Below, piece by piece: positions 18,583 through 28,072 of a DNA stretch of 53,733 nucleotides (position 1 is the first letter of the stretch; every line of letters starts with the position of its first letter). The DNA is from Tepidisphaerales bacterium (GTDB lineage: Bacteria > Planctomycetota > Phycisphaerae > Tepidisphaerales > Tepidisphaeraceae), in the NCBI GenBank assembly GCA_038223165.1, contig JBBRHE010000001.1:1-53733 (forward strand). Direction: 5' to 3'. Below the pieces are notes generated by a model. That model searched no databases. It was not told the origin of the DNA and saw only the letters and a list, made by a program, of their open reading frames with translations. The translations under genes were made by a program, and so were the position numbers.

Positions 18583-20607
18583 ATGAGTGTGATGAAAGTC
18601 GCCGACGTACAAGCTGAGCCGTGTCAAGAGATGGTCGATGCGAACCGAACATTGCCGGTGGGCGCTGAAGTATTGCCCGACGGGCGAGGGGTCAGCTTCC
18701 GCGTCTGGGCACCGAAGCGGCGAACGGTCGAGGTGGTGTTTGACGATTCAGATCTCCCTCCGCTCTCCCTTACGCGCGAGGATGATGGCCACTTCTCCGG
18801 CATTGCACCGGGCGCGGTGGTCGGGCAGATGTATTCCTATCGACTCGACGCCGAGGATCAAATCTATCCCGATCCGGTCTCGCGCTATTCACCACGCGGG
18901 GTGCATGGTCCGTCGCAGGTCATTGATGCGAACGCATTCCATTGGACCGACGCAAACTGGCCCGGCGTGCCCGCTGAGGGGCAGGTGCTTTACGAGATGC
19001 ACATCGGCACGTTCACCAAAGCCGGCACGTGGGACGCCGCTGCGGAGCATCTGCAGGATTTGAAGGATCTCGGCATCACATGCCTGGAAATCATGCCCGT
19101 CAACGAGTTCGCTGGTCGGTGGGGCTGGGGCTATGACGGCGTGCAACTGTTCGCGCCGTTCCACCATTACGGTTCACCCGACGACATGCGGCGGTTCATC
19201 GACACCGCACACGCCATCGGCATCGGTGTTATCCTCGATCTCGTCTACAACCACCTCGGGCCCGACGGCAACTACACCGGCGCGTTCAGCGACCAGTACG
19301 TCAGCACCTCCCATTCAACCGACTGGGGTGACGCGCTCAACTTTGACGGCGAGGGCAGTCACGGTGTGCGCGAGTTCTTTCTGGCGAACATCCGATTCTG
19401 GATTGAGGAATACCACCTCGACGGGTTCCGATTTGATGCGACGCAAGCCATCCTCGACAACTCGCCGAAACACATCCTCGCCGAGATCACCGAGACGGCC
19501 TGGCGATCGGCGCGCGGGCGCAAGGTTTACCTGATCAACGAAAACGAGCCACAGAACACGCAGCTCGTGCGCCCGATCGATCGCGGTGGGTTTGGCATGA
19601 ACGCGTTGTGGAATGACGATTTTCATCATGCCGCGCGGGTTACGCTCTCTGGCCGCAACGAGGCATTTTATTGCGACTACAACGGCTCACCGCAGGAGTT
19701 CATCTCGTCGGCCAAGTGGGGTTATCTGTATCAGGGTCAACGCTACAAATGGCAAAAGAAGCGCCGCGGTACACCCGCGCTCGACCTGCCACCAACCGCG
19801 TTCGTTCACTTCCTGCAGAACCACGATCAGATCGCCAATAGCGCCCGGGGGTATCGTGCGCACCAGCTCACCAGCCCGGGCGAACTCAAGGCAATGACCG
19901 CGCTCATGCTGCTTATGCCCCAGACGCCCATGCTCTTCCAGGGGCAGGAGTTCGCTGCCAGCAGTACGTTCCACTATTTCTCGGACCACAACGAGGAACT
20001 GTCGAAACTGATCGTCCAGGGCCGCGCCAAGGAAATCGCGCAGTTCCCCAGCGCCGCGACGGACGCCATGCAGGAGCGGCTGGTTGACCCGTCCACCGAA
20101 GCGACCTTCCTGCGGTCGAAGATCGACCTGTCAGAACGATCGGCGCCCATGCATGCCGAGATGTATCGGTTGCACAAAGACCTCCTCACCCTTCGCCGCG
20201 AGGAGCCCATGTTTGGGCGTGTCCAACGGCGTGGCGACCTTGACGGGGCGGTGCTCGGACCATCGTCGTTCGTGCTGCGGTACTTCGGTCGACCCGACAG
20301 TGGTGGTGCAACCGGCGGTGGTGGCGCGGACCGTTTGATTATCGTCAACTTTGGCCTGGACATCACGCTCGACCCCGCGCCCGAGCCCCTGCTCGCCGCG
20401 CCACCGGGCCATCGCTGGCAGATGATCTTTACGACCGAGGACCCGGCATACGGTGGTTCGGGCACGGTGCCAGTGGAAACCGAACAGGAGGGCTGGCACA
20501 TTCCCGGCCGCACGACCGTAGTCCTGCGCCCCGTTACCGATGCCAATACCACCGCCCAGACCCGCTTTAGGGTCGCGGGCTCGGCGCAGGAAGCGAAGAA
20601 GCGATAG
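18583..20607 (+). CDS. treZ: Malto-oligosyltrehalose trehalohydrolase TreZ (GH13)
   Basis: N-terminal GVSFRVWAP... domain; GH13 regions DLVYNHLG, GFRFDA and NHD. It sits between glgX and treY. Confidence 0.9.
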   Translation: MSVMKVADVQAEPCQEMVDANRTLPVGAEVLPDGRGVSFRVWAPKRRTVEVVFDDSDLPPLSLTREDDGHFSGIAPGAVVGQMYSYRLDAEDQIYPDPVSRYSPRGVHGPSQVIDANAFHWTDANWPGVPAEGQVLYEMHIGTFTKAGTWDAAAEHLQDLKDLGITCLEIMPVNEFAGRWGWGYDGVQLFAPFHHYGSPDDMRRFIDTAHAIGIGVILDLVYNHLGPDGNYTGAFSDQYVSTSHSTDWGDALNFDGEGSHGVREFFLANIRFWIEEYHLDGFRFDATQAILDNSPKHILAEITETAWRSARGRKVYLINENEPQNTQLVRPIDRGGFGMNALWNDDFHHAARVTLSGRNEAFYCDYNGSPQEFISSAKWGYLYQGQRYKWQKKRRGTPALDLPPTAFVHFLQNHDQIANSARGYRAHQLTSPGELKAMTALMLLMPQTPMLFQGQEFAASSTFHYFSDHNEELSKLIVQGRAKEIAQFPSAATDAMQERLVDPSTEATFLRSKIDLSERSAPMHAEMYRLHKDLLTLRREEPMFGRVQRRGDLDGAVLGPSSFVLRYFGRPDSGGATGGGGADRLIIVNFGLDITLDPAPEPLLAAPPGHRWQMIFTTEDPAYGGSGTVPVETEQEGWHIPGRTTVVLRPVTDANTTAQTRFRVAGSAQEAKKR

Positions 20608-20659
20608 TAGCTCTCCGACTCGTCTCTCGAAGTGCCAGCATTAGGCCACGAAAATCACC

Positions 20660-23263
20660 ATGCAGAATTTCCCTCAATCCACTTATCGCATCCAGTTCCA
20701 CGCCGGCTTTACCTTCACCGACGCCAAAGCCATTGTCCCTTACCTCGCACAGCTTGGTGTCACGCACCTGTATGCCTCGCCATACCTGAAAGCGAGGGCT
20801 GGCAGCACGCATGGGTATGACGTCATCGACCCTTGCAGCCTCAACCCCGAGCTCGGAACGCAAGCCGACTATGATGCACTCATGGCGGCGCTGGCGAAGC
20901 ATGGCATGAGCCATATTCTCGATGTTGTCCCTAATCATGTCGGCATCGCGACCAACGACAACAAGTGGTGGAACGAAACACTCGCCAACGGGCCAGAATC
21001 CGAATACGGGAAATTTTTCGACATCGCCTGGGACGCTTCACCCCGCCCGGAATTGCACGGCAAAGTGTTGTTGCCACTGCTCGGCAGCCCGTACGGCGAG
21101 GTGCTGGACAAGGGTGAACTGAAGCTGACGCACGATGAAGGTGGTTTTTGGATCAACTATCACGACCGTCGATTCCCGATCAATCGTCAGACTTTGTTCC
21201 TGAAGGCTGGCGACGAGCCCAAGCCTGTTCTCATCAAATTGAACGGCGAGCCCGCCAACCCGCGCAGTTTCGATGCGCTCCACGAACTGCTGGAAAAACA
21301 GCACTATCGGCTCGCCTACTGGAAGAACGCGTCAGAAGAGATCAATTATCGCCGGTTCTTTGACGTCAACGACCTGGCGGCGCTGGCGATGGAGCGGGAA
21401 GACGTGTTTGAAGCGTCGCACGCGCTGATCTTCCGTCTGATCGAAGAGGGGAAAATTACCGGTTTGCGCCTCGACCATCCCGATGGCCTGTACGACCCCG
21501 CGACGTACTTCAAGCGGTTGCAGGAAAAGTATCGGGACGTCACTGGAGCTAAAACGCCGCTCTACTTGCTCGCTGAGAAGATCCTGGCGGTTGGTGAACC
21601 ATTGCCGAAAGAGTGGGCGATTTCTGGCACGAGCGGTTACGACTTTCTGAATCAGGTGAACGGGCTCTTTGTTGACGGCCAAAATGCCGATGCGTTTACG
21701 CAGATTTATCAAAACTGGCTGGGTAGCGAATCGACCGCAGTGGATTTTGACGAACTGGTCTACGAAAAGAAAAAGCTCATTCTCACGATCGCGCTGGCGA
21801 GTGAACTGCACATGCTGGCGCATCGACTCGATCGCCTTGCCCAGCGACACCGCGGTTGGCGGGACTTTACGCTGGCGATCCTCATGCACGCGTTGCGCGA
21901 AACGATCGCGTGTTTCGACGTGTATCGCACGTACATTGACGGGCCAACCGTGTCCGAACGCGATCGGCGGCATGTCGAGCGGGCGATCGATCTTGCCATC
22001 GAGCGCAACCCGAAGGTCGATGCCTCGGTCTTCCATTTCATCCGTGATGCATTGCTTCAGCGGTATCCCGACACATTCAGCGCCGACGACCGCGCGGTCC
22101 AGCTCGCGTTCACCGGGAAGTACCAACAACTGACATCCCCGACGACCGCCAAGGGCATCGAGGACACCAGTTTTTACATCTACAATCGATTCGTCTCACT
22201 GAACGAAGTGGGGGGTGAACCGACGCATTTTGGGGTGTCGGTCGATCAGTTGCATGCCTACTTCACCGAGCGCCAACGCGACTGGCCGTACGCGATGTCG
22301 ACCCTGTCGACACACGATACGAAGCGCAGTGAAGACGTGCGGGCGCGGTTAAACGTGTTGTCAGAATTGCCCGACGACTGGCGCGACGCAGTGCATCGCT
22401 GGCGAGACATCAACGCGCGGCACAAGACGACCGTCGACGGCCAACCCGCGCCGGATGCGAACGATGAATACCTGATCTACCAGACGCTGCTCGGCGCCTG
22501 GCCTCTCGAACCGTGGGCGGCCGAGGAGTATGACGCGTTCGGTGAGCGCGTCCGGGCGTACATGCTCAAGGCTCTGCGCGAAGCGAAGGTTCACACGATC
22601 TGGACGAGCCCCAATAAGCCGTACGAAGAGGCGACGACGCGCTTTGTCACCCGGTTGCTCGACCGCACCAGTGGTGGAGAATTCCTCGACGACTTCGCGC
22701 GCCTGCGCCAGCGCGTCAGCCGGCTGGGCCTCGTCAACGGTCTTGCGCAATCACTGATCAAGCTGACGGCCCCGGGCATGCCCGACACGTATCAGGGTAC
22801 CGAAATGTGGGACTTCAGCCTTGTCGACCCCGACAACCGCCGACCTGTCGATTACGGCATACGCCATGAACGAATCGAACAGCTCTCCCGGCCGTCCGAA
22901 CTCAGCGAATCGCTCGACGATGGCCGAGCGAAGTTGCAAATCCATCGCGTGGCGCTCAACGCCCGGCGAGCACACCCCGGACTGTTCACTGTTGGCGACT
23001 ACGTTCCGCTAAAAGCGACCGGTCAGCGCGCGGACAACGTCTTCGCGTTTCTTCGCCGGCACGAAGGTCGGACCGCGATCGTCATCGTCCCGCGGTTGAT
23101 CGCGCGCATCGACGGGCAGTGGGGCGACACCACTATCTCACTCCCCACCGGCGTCAACGGCGCGTGGCACAACGCCTTTACGGAAGAGACCCTCACCGAG
23201 CCGACACTTCGCGTTGGCGAGCTGTTTGCGAGCTTTCCGGTCGTGCTCCTCATGTCGCAATGA
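20660..23263 (+). CDS. treY: Malto-oligosyltrehalose synthase TreY (GH13)
   Basis: TYRIQFHAGFTFTDAKAIVPYLAQLGVTHLYASPYLKARAGSTHGYDVIDP is the characteristic TreY N-terminus. Length is 867 aa. Confidence 0.9.
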   Translation: MQNFPQSTYRIQFHAGFTFTDAKAIVPYLAQLGVTHLYASPYLKARAGSTHGYDVIDPCSLNPELGTQADYDALMAALAKHGMSHILDVVPNHVGIATNDNKWWNETLANGPESEYGKFFDIAWDASPRPELHGKVLLPLLGSPYGEVLDKGELKLTHDEGGFWINYHDRRFPINRQTLFLKAGDEPKPVLIKLNGEPANPRSFDALHELLEKQHYRLAYWKNASEEINYRRFFDVNDLAALAMEREDVFEASHALIFRLIEEGKITGLRLDHPDGLYDPATYFKRLQEKYRDVTGAKTPLYLLAEKILAVGEPLPKEWAISGTSGYDFLNQVNGLFVDGQNADAFTQIYQNWLGSESTAVDFDELVYEKKKLILTIALASELHMLAHRLDRLAQRHRGWRDFTLAILMHALRETIACFDVYRTYIDGPTVSERDRRHVERAIDLAIERNPKVDASVFHFIRDALLQRYPDTFSADDRAVQLAFTGKYQQLTSPTTAKGIEDTSFYIYNRFVSLNEVGGEPTHFGVSVDQLHAYFTERQRDWPYAMSTLSTHDTKRSEDVRARLNVLSELPDDWRDAVHRWRDINARHKTTVDGQPAPDANDEYLIYQTLLGAWPLEPWAAEEYDAFGERVRAYMLKALREAKVHTIWTSPNKPYEEATTRFVTRLLDRTSGGEFLDDFARLRQRVSRLGLVNGLAQSLIKLTAPGMPDTYQGTEMWDFSLVDPDNRRPVDYGIRHERIEQLSRPSELSESLDDGRAKLQIHRVALNARRAHPGLFTVGDYVPLKATGQRADNVFAFLRRHEGRTAIVIVPRLIARIDGQWGDTTISLPTGVNGAWHNAFTEETLTEPTLRVGELFASFPVVLLMSQ

Positions 23264-23496
23264 CGAAACGCATCGAGAAACGGTCGATAACTGTGCCGTG
23301 AAATTGAATAAGAATGTCGCAATGGAGCATCGACACGATCGGCGCGACTGATACGCTTTCCCTAAAGTGCCGTCCATATGACGGGATAAGCCGCTCGGTG
23401 TGGGCATCGTATGCTTCGCCGGGCCGGTCTCGATCGGGTATTATCCCGGTTGCCGTCCACGATTCACGCATCGGAACATTCAGGGAGCCTCTTCAC

Positions 23497-24681
23497 ATGA
23501 GCGACGTTCGCATTGGCATTATCGGCTTTGGCAATATGGGTCAGGCGCACGCGGGGTACTTCAAGGAATTGAAGGGTGCCGTCCTCGGCGCGGTCTGCGA
23601 TTCTGACCCGGCCAAGGCCAAGATCGGCAAGGACCAGTACAACGTCCCGACGTTCAGCGATTACCGGGAACTGCTCGCCTCAGGCACGTGTGATGCCGTC
23701 ATCGTCGCGGTTCCTCACTACGACCACGTGCCGGTCGCGCTGGCGGCGTTCGAAAAGGGCCTGCACGTCATGATCGAAAAGCCCGCTGCGGTCTCGGTCA
23801 AAGCGGCACGCGAACTGAACGACGCGTACACCAAGAAGTACACGAAGCTCAAGTTCGGCATCATGTTCAATCAGCGGTCCAATCCACTGTACCGCAAGAT
23901 GCGCGAGCTGATCGCCGACGGCGAGCTCGGTGAAATCACCCGAGTTACCTGGATCGTTACCAACTGGTTCCGCACGTGGTCCTACTACGCCTCGGGCGGG
24001 TGGCGCGCGACGTGGAAGGGTGAAGGGGGTGGCGTGTTGATCAACCAGTGCCCGCACAACCTGGACCTGATCCAATGGGTGACCAACGGCCTGATGCCCG
24101 AGCGCGTGACGGCCGTCGGCTTTGTCGGCAAGACGCACCCGATCGAGGTCGAGGACGAGATGTCGGCGATCCTGGAGTACCCCAACGGCGCGATCGGGCA
24201 CTTCATTACGAGCACCGGTGAGGCCCCTGGCACCAATCGTCTGGAGATCTGCGGCGACCGTGGCAAGCTGATCGCCGAGCACGGCAAACTGAAGTTCACC
24301 CGCACGCGCAAGAGCGTCAGCCACGAGAACAAGAACTCCCCGAACGGCTTTACGCACCTCGAGACGTGGGACATCGACGTCCCGATCGGTCAGTGGCCGT
24401 CGATGGAGCACAAGGTCGTCACCGAGCGGTTCATCGAGGTCGTCGCGAACAACCGGCCCAACAAGGACCTCTACGCCGAGGGCACCGAAGGTGTGCGGGG
24501 GCTGGAGATCGGCAACGCGATCATGATGGCCGGCCTGACCCGCCAAGCGGTCGACCTGCCCCTCGACGGCGACGCCTATGACCGCTTCATCGACGAAATG
24601 GCCAAGAAATACGCCGGCCGCAAGTCACTGGAGACCAAAAAGGCCGAAACCGCCGACATGGCGTCGAGCTTCGGGCGATAA
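23497..24681 (+). CDS. Gfo/Idh/MocA family NAD(P)-dependent oxidoreductase
   Basis: MSDVRIGIIGFGNMGQAHA is a Rossmann N-terminus, and GGAG lies upstream of the ATG at 23497. The longer upstream ORF extension lacks coding character. Confidence 0.85.
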   Translation: MSDVRIGIIGFGNMGQAHAGYFKELKGAVLGAVCDSDPAKAKIGKDQYNVPTFSDYRELLASGTCDAVIVAVPHYDHVPVALAAFEKGLHVMIEKPAAVSVKAARELNDAYTKKYTKLKFGIMFNQRSNPLYRKMRELIADGELGEITRVTWIVTNWFRTWSYYASGGWRATWKGEGGGVLINQCPHNLDLIQWVTNGLMPERVTAVGFVGKTHPIEVEDEMSAILEYPNGAIGHFITSTGEAPGTNRLEICGDRGKLIAEHGKLKFTRTRKSVSHENKNSPNGFTHLETWDIDVPIGQWPSMEHKVVTERFIEVVANNRPNKDLYAEGTEGVRGLEIGNAIMMAGLTRQAVDLPLDGDAYDRFIDEMAKKYAGRKSLETKKAETADMASSFGR

Positions 24682-24692
24682 GGCAGGGATTA

Positions 24693-24813
24693 GGACAGTT
24701 GTCAGTGGACAGTTGTCAGGGGGCAGTTGTCAGTGGGCAGTGGACAGTGGGCAATTGAAAGCCTCCAGATCGGCAGTTCTTGACTGTCCACTGTCTCCCG
24801 AAAACTGCCCACT
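24693..24813. repeat. 14-nt tandem repeat (x5, GGRCAGTTGTCAGK-like) plus downstream inverted copies
   Basis: Units lie at 24693, 24707, 24721, 24735 and 24749. Complementary segments actgtccactg (24783-24793) and aactgcccact (24803-24813) can pair back onto the array. Confidence 0.65.
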
Positions 24814-24886
24814 TCTTCCCCTCCCTAGCGTTTCGGCCGCCATTGCTTACAATGGATCGTTCGTCCGATACTCTGGAGAATATTGC

Positions 24887-25369
24887 ATGCGACCGCCGCT
24901 GAAGTTGAACTCGATCGATCAGGAGCACCTGCAGGAACTCTACAACGCCGCCGGTGTGGCTCGGGACGAGCTGCCCTACACGGATAAGTTCGACGAGATC
25001 TGGACCGGTTTCCAGGACCGCACGTTCAAGAACGCCGAGAAGGAACAGCTCTACGGTGCCATGCTGAAGTACACTCGCTCCAGTGGTAACGCCGCTGCGG
25101 AACTGCCGACGAGTGTGTTAAATGAAGACCAGTTGAAGCAGGTCAAAGCCGCCATCTCCCGTCATATCAGAGGTGGAAAGATCCTTCCCTACAGTGACGA
25201 GTTTGAATCGGCGTTGAAGGAATTTAACCGCGCCAGCGCCACGACCACCGGCGACAAGGACTTCTGGCACGGCATCCTGCGCGCCCAGGGCAGCCGCCGC
25301 AAGCCACCGGTGCGGAAGAAGGCCGTCGCGAAGGTTGAGGATGACGGTAGTGACGAGGACGGCGAGTAA
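24887..25369 (+). CDS. Hypothetical protein (160 aa) with internal duplicated LPYxDxF motif and basic/acidic tail
   Basis: ATG at 24887 with GGAGAA upstream, followed by a clear terminator. No family recognised. Confidence 0.6.
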   Translation: MRPPLKLNSIDQEHLQELYNAAGVARDELPYTDKFDEIWTGFQDRTFKNAEKEQLYGAMLKYTRSSGNAAAELPTSVLNEDQLKQVKAAISRHIRGGKILPYSDEFESALKEFNRASATTTGDKDFWHGILRAQGSRRKPPVRKKAVAKVEDDGSDEDGE

Positions 25370-25403
25370 GCGAAAGTCTGAATTCTAAAGTTTGAAAAAA
25401 ATT

Positions 25404-25447
25404 ACGCCCCGCGTGAGTGACCCTCATGCGGGGCGTTTGGTTTTATT
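25404..25447 (+). terminator. Rho-independent terminator
   Basis: Stem acgccccgc (25404-25412) / gcggggcgt (25428-25436) followed by TTGGTTTTATTT. Confidence 0.65.
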
Positions 25448-25530
25448 TGCCCTTATCCCGTTACTCCGAGAGACGCGATCTTGAGGGTAAATTCGATCTG
25501 CGAAAAAGCGGGGGAGAGGGAGTGCCTCGC

Positions 25531-25569
25531 AAAACAAAACCGCCCCGCGCCTTCCCCGGCGCGGGGCGG
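25531..25569 (-). terminator. Rho-independent terminator for the OmpA-like gene
   Basis: 12-bp GC stem ccgccccgcgcc / ggcgcggggcgg. On the minus strand it is followed by TTTTGTTTT. Confidence 0.6.
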
Positions 25570-25615
25570 TCAAACTAAATTACCTCGATCAGCCGGTCGT
25601 CCCGACCCATGAACC

Positions 25616-26530
25616 TTACTTGTTCGCGGCCGGGGTGGTGTCGAAGATCGTGGCGGTGTCCTTGTTCGGGACCGACTTCGGTGCCACAGCCTTGGGGGTG
25701 GCGCTGGGGGTCTGGGCGACCGTGTTGCCGCGGACCGTTGTGGGGAGGATCAGCACCTCAACGCGGCGGTTCTTGCTACGACCGGCATCAGAGCCGTTGT
25801 CGGCGGCGGGGCGTTGGTCGGCGTAACCGATCACACCGATGCGCTGGGGGCTGGTGTTGTGGCCCATCAGCTCCTTGCCGACGCTGATCGCGCGGTGGGC
25901 CGACAGGTACCAGTTGTCCTTGTGACCGGCCGAGATCGTCGCGGGGTTGTTCACGCGGACGTTGTCCGTATGACCGGCGACAAGCAGTTCGTAGTTGGCG
26001 GCGCTGGGGCCGTTGAGGATCTGCGCAAAACGCGCGATGGCCGACTTGGCCTCGGGCTTCACGTCGGCGCTACCGAGCGCGAACGTCAGGTCGCTTTTGA
26101 ACTTCACGATGCCCCGTGCCGAGTCGAACTCGACGAGGTCGGGGTTCGCTTGTGCGAACGCCGTCAGGTCGTTGGTGAGCGGGATCGGCAGCGCGGTGCC
26201 GAGCTTGCCCATGTTGTTCATGGCGTCGCCGTACTTGCGATTGAGCTCGTCGAGCGTCGTCTGCATCGACGCATTCTGCGAGGTCAGGTTGGCGATGAGG
26301 CCATCCTTGTTGTCACCACTGTTCTTGATCGCGTCGAGTGAACGCTTGTAGAGGTCGGCTTCAGCGCGGGCGCTGGAGCCTTCCTTTTCGGCGTTGGCCA
26401 ACTGGGCCGTAAGCCGATCGCGCTCGAGCTTGAGGGCGCTGTATTGTTCCTGGGAAACGCAACCGGTGAGGGTGGCGGCAATCGCGAACGTCATCGCCGC
26501 GGTACCGATCCATTGAGGCATCCGTGCCAT
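25616..26530 (-). CDS. OmpA/MotB-family peptidoglycan-associated lipoprotein with coiled-coil linker
   Basis: Start MARMPQWIGTAAMTFAIAATLTGC (lipobox) with AGGAG upstream. The C-terminal OmpA-like domain contains GHTDNV...NWYLSAHRA...NRRVEVLI. Confidence 0.8.
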   Translation of the reverse strand: MARMPQWIGTAAMTFAIAATLTGCVSQEQYSALKLERDRLTAQLANAEKEGSSARAEADLYKRSLDAIKNSGDNKDGLIANLTSQNASMQTTLDELNRKYGDAMNNMGKLGTALPIPLTNDLTAFAQANPDLVEFDSARGIVKFKSDLTFALGSADVKPEAKSAIARFAQILNGPSAANYELLVAGHTDNVRVNNPATISAGHKDNWYLSAHRAISVGKELMGHNTSPQRIGVIGYADQRPAADNGSDAGRSKNRRVEVLILPTTVRGNTVAQTPSATPKAVAPKSVPNKDTATIFDTTPAANK

Positions 26531-26867
26531 AGAAGGACTCCTGTGAGCTGAAATGTTCTGACCCGGGTCAGCAACTCGTGTGTTGTATCGAGCGCCAACC
26601 CCTTTGGTTTCCCCGGAAGAGAGCATCCCAACGCGGGACAGCCACGCACTCCGTTCAACCGATCCTCCGTGCCTGAACACGAAAGAGATACCTGAAATCA
26701 CAAAGCCTTTTTTGCAATGCCCGGACTTTGCGACACAGAGCAGTCTGACTTTCGTTACGGAAATTGCAAGTACAGAGTTCGGAAAAATCGCGCAGAAAAT
26801 GCCGGGAGGAATTTAACGCAGCGGCGCAGAGGGTGGAACGCGGAGGAAATCAGAAGGTGGATAGCGC

Positions 26868-26913
26868 GAACAAACGAAACACCCTCTTTCCCCATGATCT
26901 GAGGAAAGAGGGT
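26868..26913 (-). terminator. Hairpin downstream of the HTH-membrane protein gene
   Basis: Perfect 11-bp stem accctctttcc (26881-26891) / ggaaagagggt (26903-26913). The minus-strand tail is T-rich (GTGTTTCGTTTGTT). Confidence 0.4.
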
Positions 26914-26928
26914 GTGATAACGAGCGAT

Positions 26929-26969
26929 TCTCTGCGTCTCTCTGCGTTCTGCTCTCCGCGCCTCTGCGT
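26929..26969. repeat. CTCTGCGT short repeats
   Basis: Direct copies of tctctgcgt / ctctctgcgt / cctctgcgt lie at 26929-26969, and an inverted copy gcgcagaggg at 26824-26833. Confidence 0.5.
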
Positions 26970-26985
26970 TGCTCCGGATTCCGGC

Positions 26986-28029
26986 TTACCGGCTGCCATC
27001 CATGGCTTTGCCCAGGACCAGGCCGAAGACACCAAACAGCACGGCGACACCGAGCATGATGGCGGTCAGGATGCCGAAGGACTGTTCCTTCACTTTGGCG
27101 ACCGTTTCGGGATAGGCCCCGAGGCTGGCGGCAAAGACGGCGAAGATTGCGAAGAACGTGACACCGGCGGCACCCAAGGCGGCACCACCGAACAGGCCGG
27201 CCATGGCATCCTTGGCTTCAACTTCACGGACGACCGCGCCGCGCGCGCTGCTGCGCGGGGCAGGGCTGGTCTCGATCGCCGGTACGCCCGAACCAATCCC
27301 CGAACCCCCAGCGAGTGAACCGGCGGTGTCGGACAAGGGCGCCGCGCTACGGTTTCGGCTGCTAGCAGGGGCGATTTCGTCCAGCGTGTCGGCGCCGAGG
27401 CTGGTGTCGTCGCTTTCACGCGTCAGGTCGAGAAGGCCCGATCCACTGCCGACGGCTTCCAGGCTGATCTGGTCGCGCATGGCGGGGGAAACGTTCGTCT
27501 GGGCCATGGGGTCGGCGTGGTCCGAATCGTCACCGAAGACGTTGATGCCAACCCGGCTGCCACCCATCGAGCCCGACAGGCTGCCACCACTGGACCGCGC
27601 CGGTGATGGCATACCACCGACCGAGCCACTCAGCCCCAGATCGGCCGCCAGCGCGGTGTCGTCCTTCAGGGTGATGTTCCCCAGGCCCGAACCGCTCATT
27701 CCACCGATGCCCGACCCTGACCCTGCCCCCGCGCCCTGCAGGCCCGAACCGAGGCCCGAACCACTGACGCCCGGGTCGTCCATGTGAATCCCGGTCCCAC
27801 TGGCGCTGCGGCTGTCGGCCAGGCCGATCGGCGCGCCACTCTCACCACCAACGCCACCACCACCGGCCAACTCGTTCTTGATCGCTTCGATCTGGTCGCT
27901 CTTGAACATCAAACGAGGACCATCGCGGAACTCGCGCAAACGACCCTCGCGCGCGTACGCTTTGATCTCGTCCTCGCTCTTGCCGAGGGCGGCCTTGGCT
28001 TCGTCGAGCGTGTAAAACATCTTCGCCAT
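26986..28029 (-). CDS. Membrane-anchored protein: N-terminal excisionase/MerR-like HTH, long Gly/Ser-rich disordered region, C-terminal TM helices
   Basis: MAKMFYTLDEAKAALGKSEDEIKAYAREGRLREF is HTH-like. About 200 aa are G/S-rich. The C-terminus has two or three hydrophobic helices. AGGAG lies upstream of the ATG. Confidence 0.7.
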   Translation of the reverse strand: MAKMFYTLDEAKAALGKSEDEIKAYAREGRLREFRDGPRLMFKSDQIEAIKNELAGGGGVGGESGAPIGLADSRSASGTGIHMDDPGVSGSGLGSGLQGAGAGSGSGIGGMSGSGLGNITLKDDTALAADLGLSGSVGGMPSPARSSGGSLSGSMGGSRVGINVFGDDSDHADPMAQTNVSPAMRDQISLEAVGSGSGLLDLTRESDDTSLGADTLDEIAPASSRNRSAAPLSDTAGSLAGGSGIGSGVPAIETSPAPRSSARGAVVREVEAKDAMAGLFGGAALGAAGVTFFAIFAVFAASLGAYPETVAKVKEQSFGILTAIMLGVAVLFGVFGLVLGKAMDGSR

Positions 28030-28072
28030 GGTGCGGCTCCTGCTGATGGGTGAGGCGACACGAATGTCGCGA

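Noticed and set aside
21332-22129. 265-aa minus-strand ORF inside treY
   Set aside because: It is a shadow of treY, which matches the family over its full length.
23680-24546. 288-aa minus-strand ORF inside the Gfo/Idh/MocA gene
   Set aside because: It is a shadow ORF. The plus frame has the Rossmann motif and family features.
24693-24762. Tandem repeat considered as a CRISPR array
   Set aside because: Units are 14 nt and contiguous with no spacers, and there are no cas genes. It is not CRISPR.
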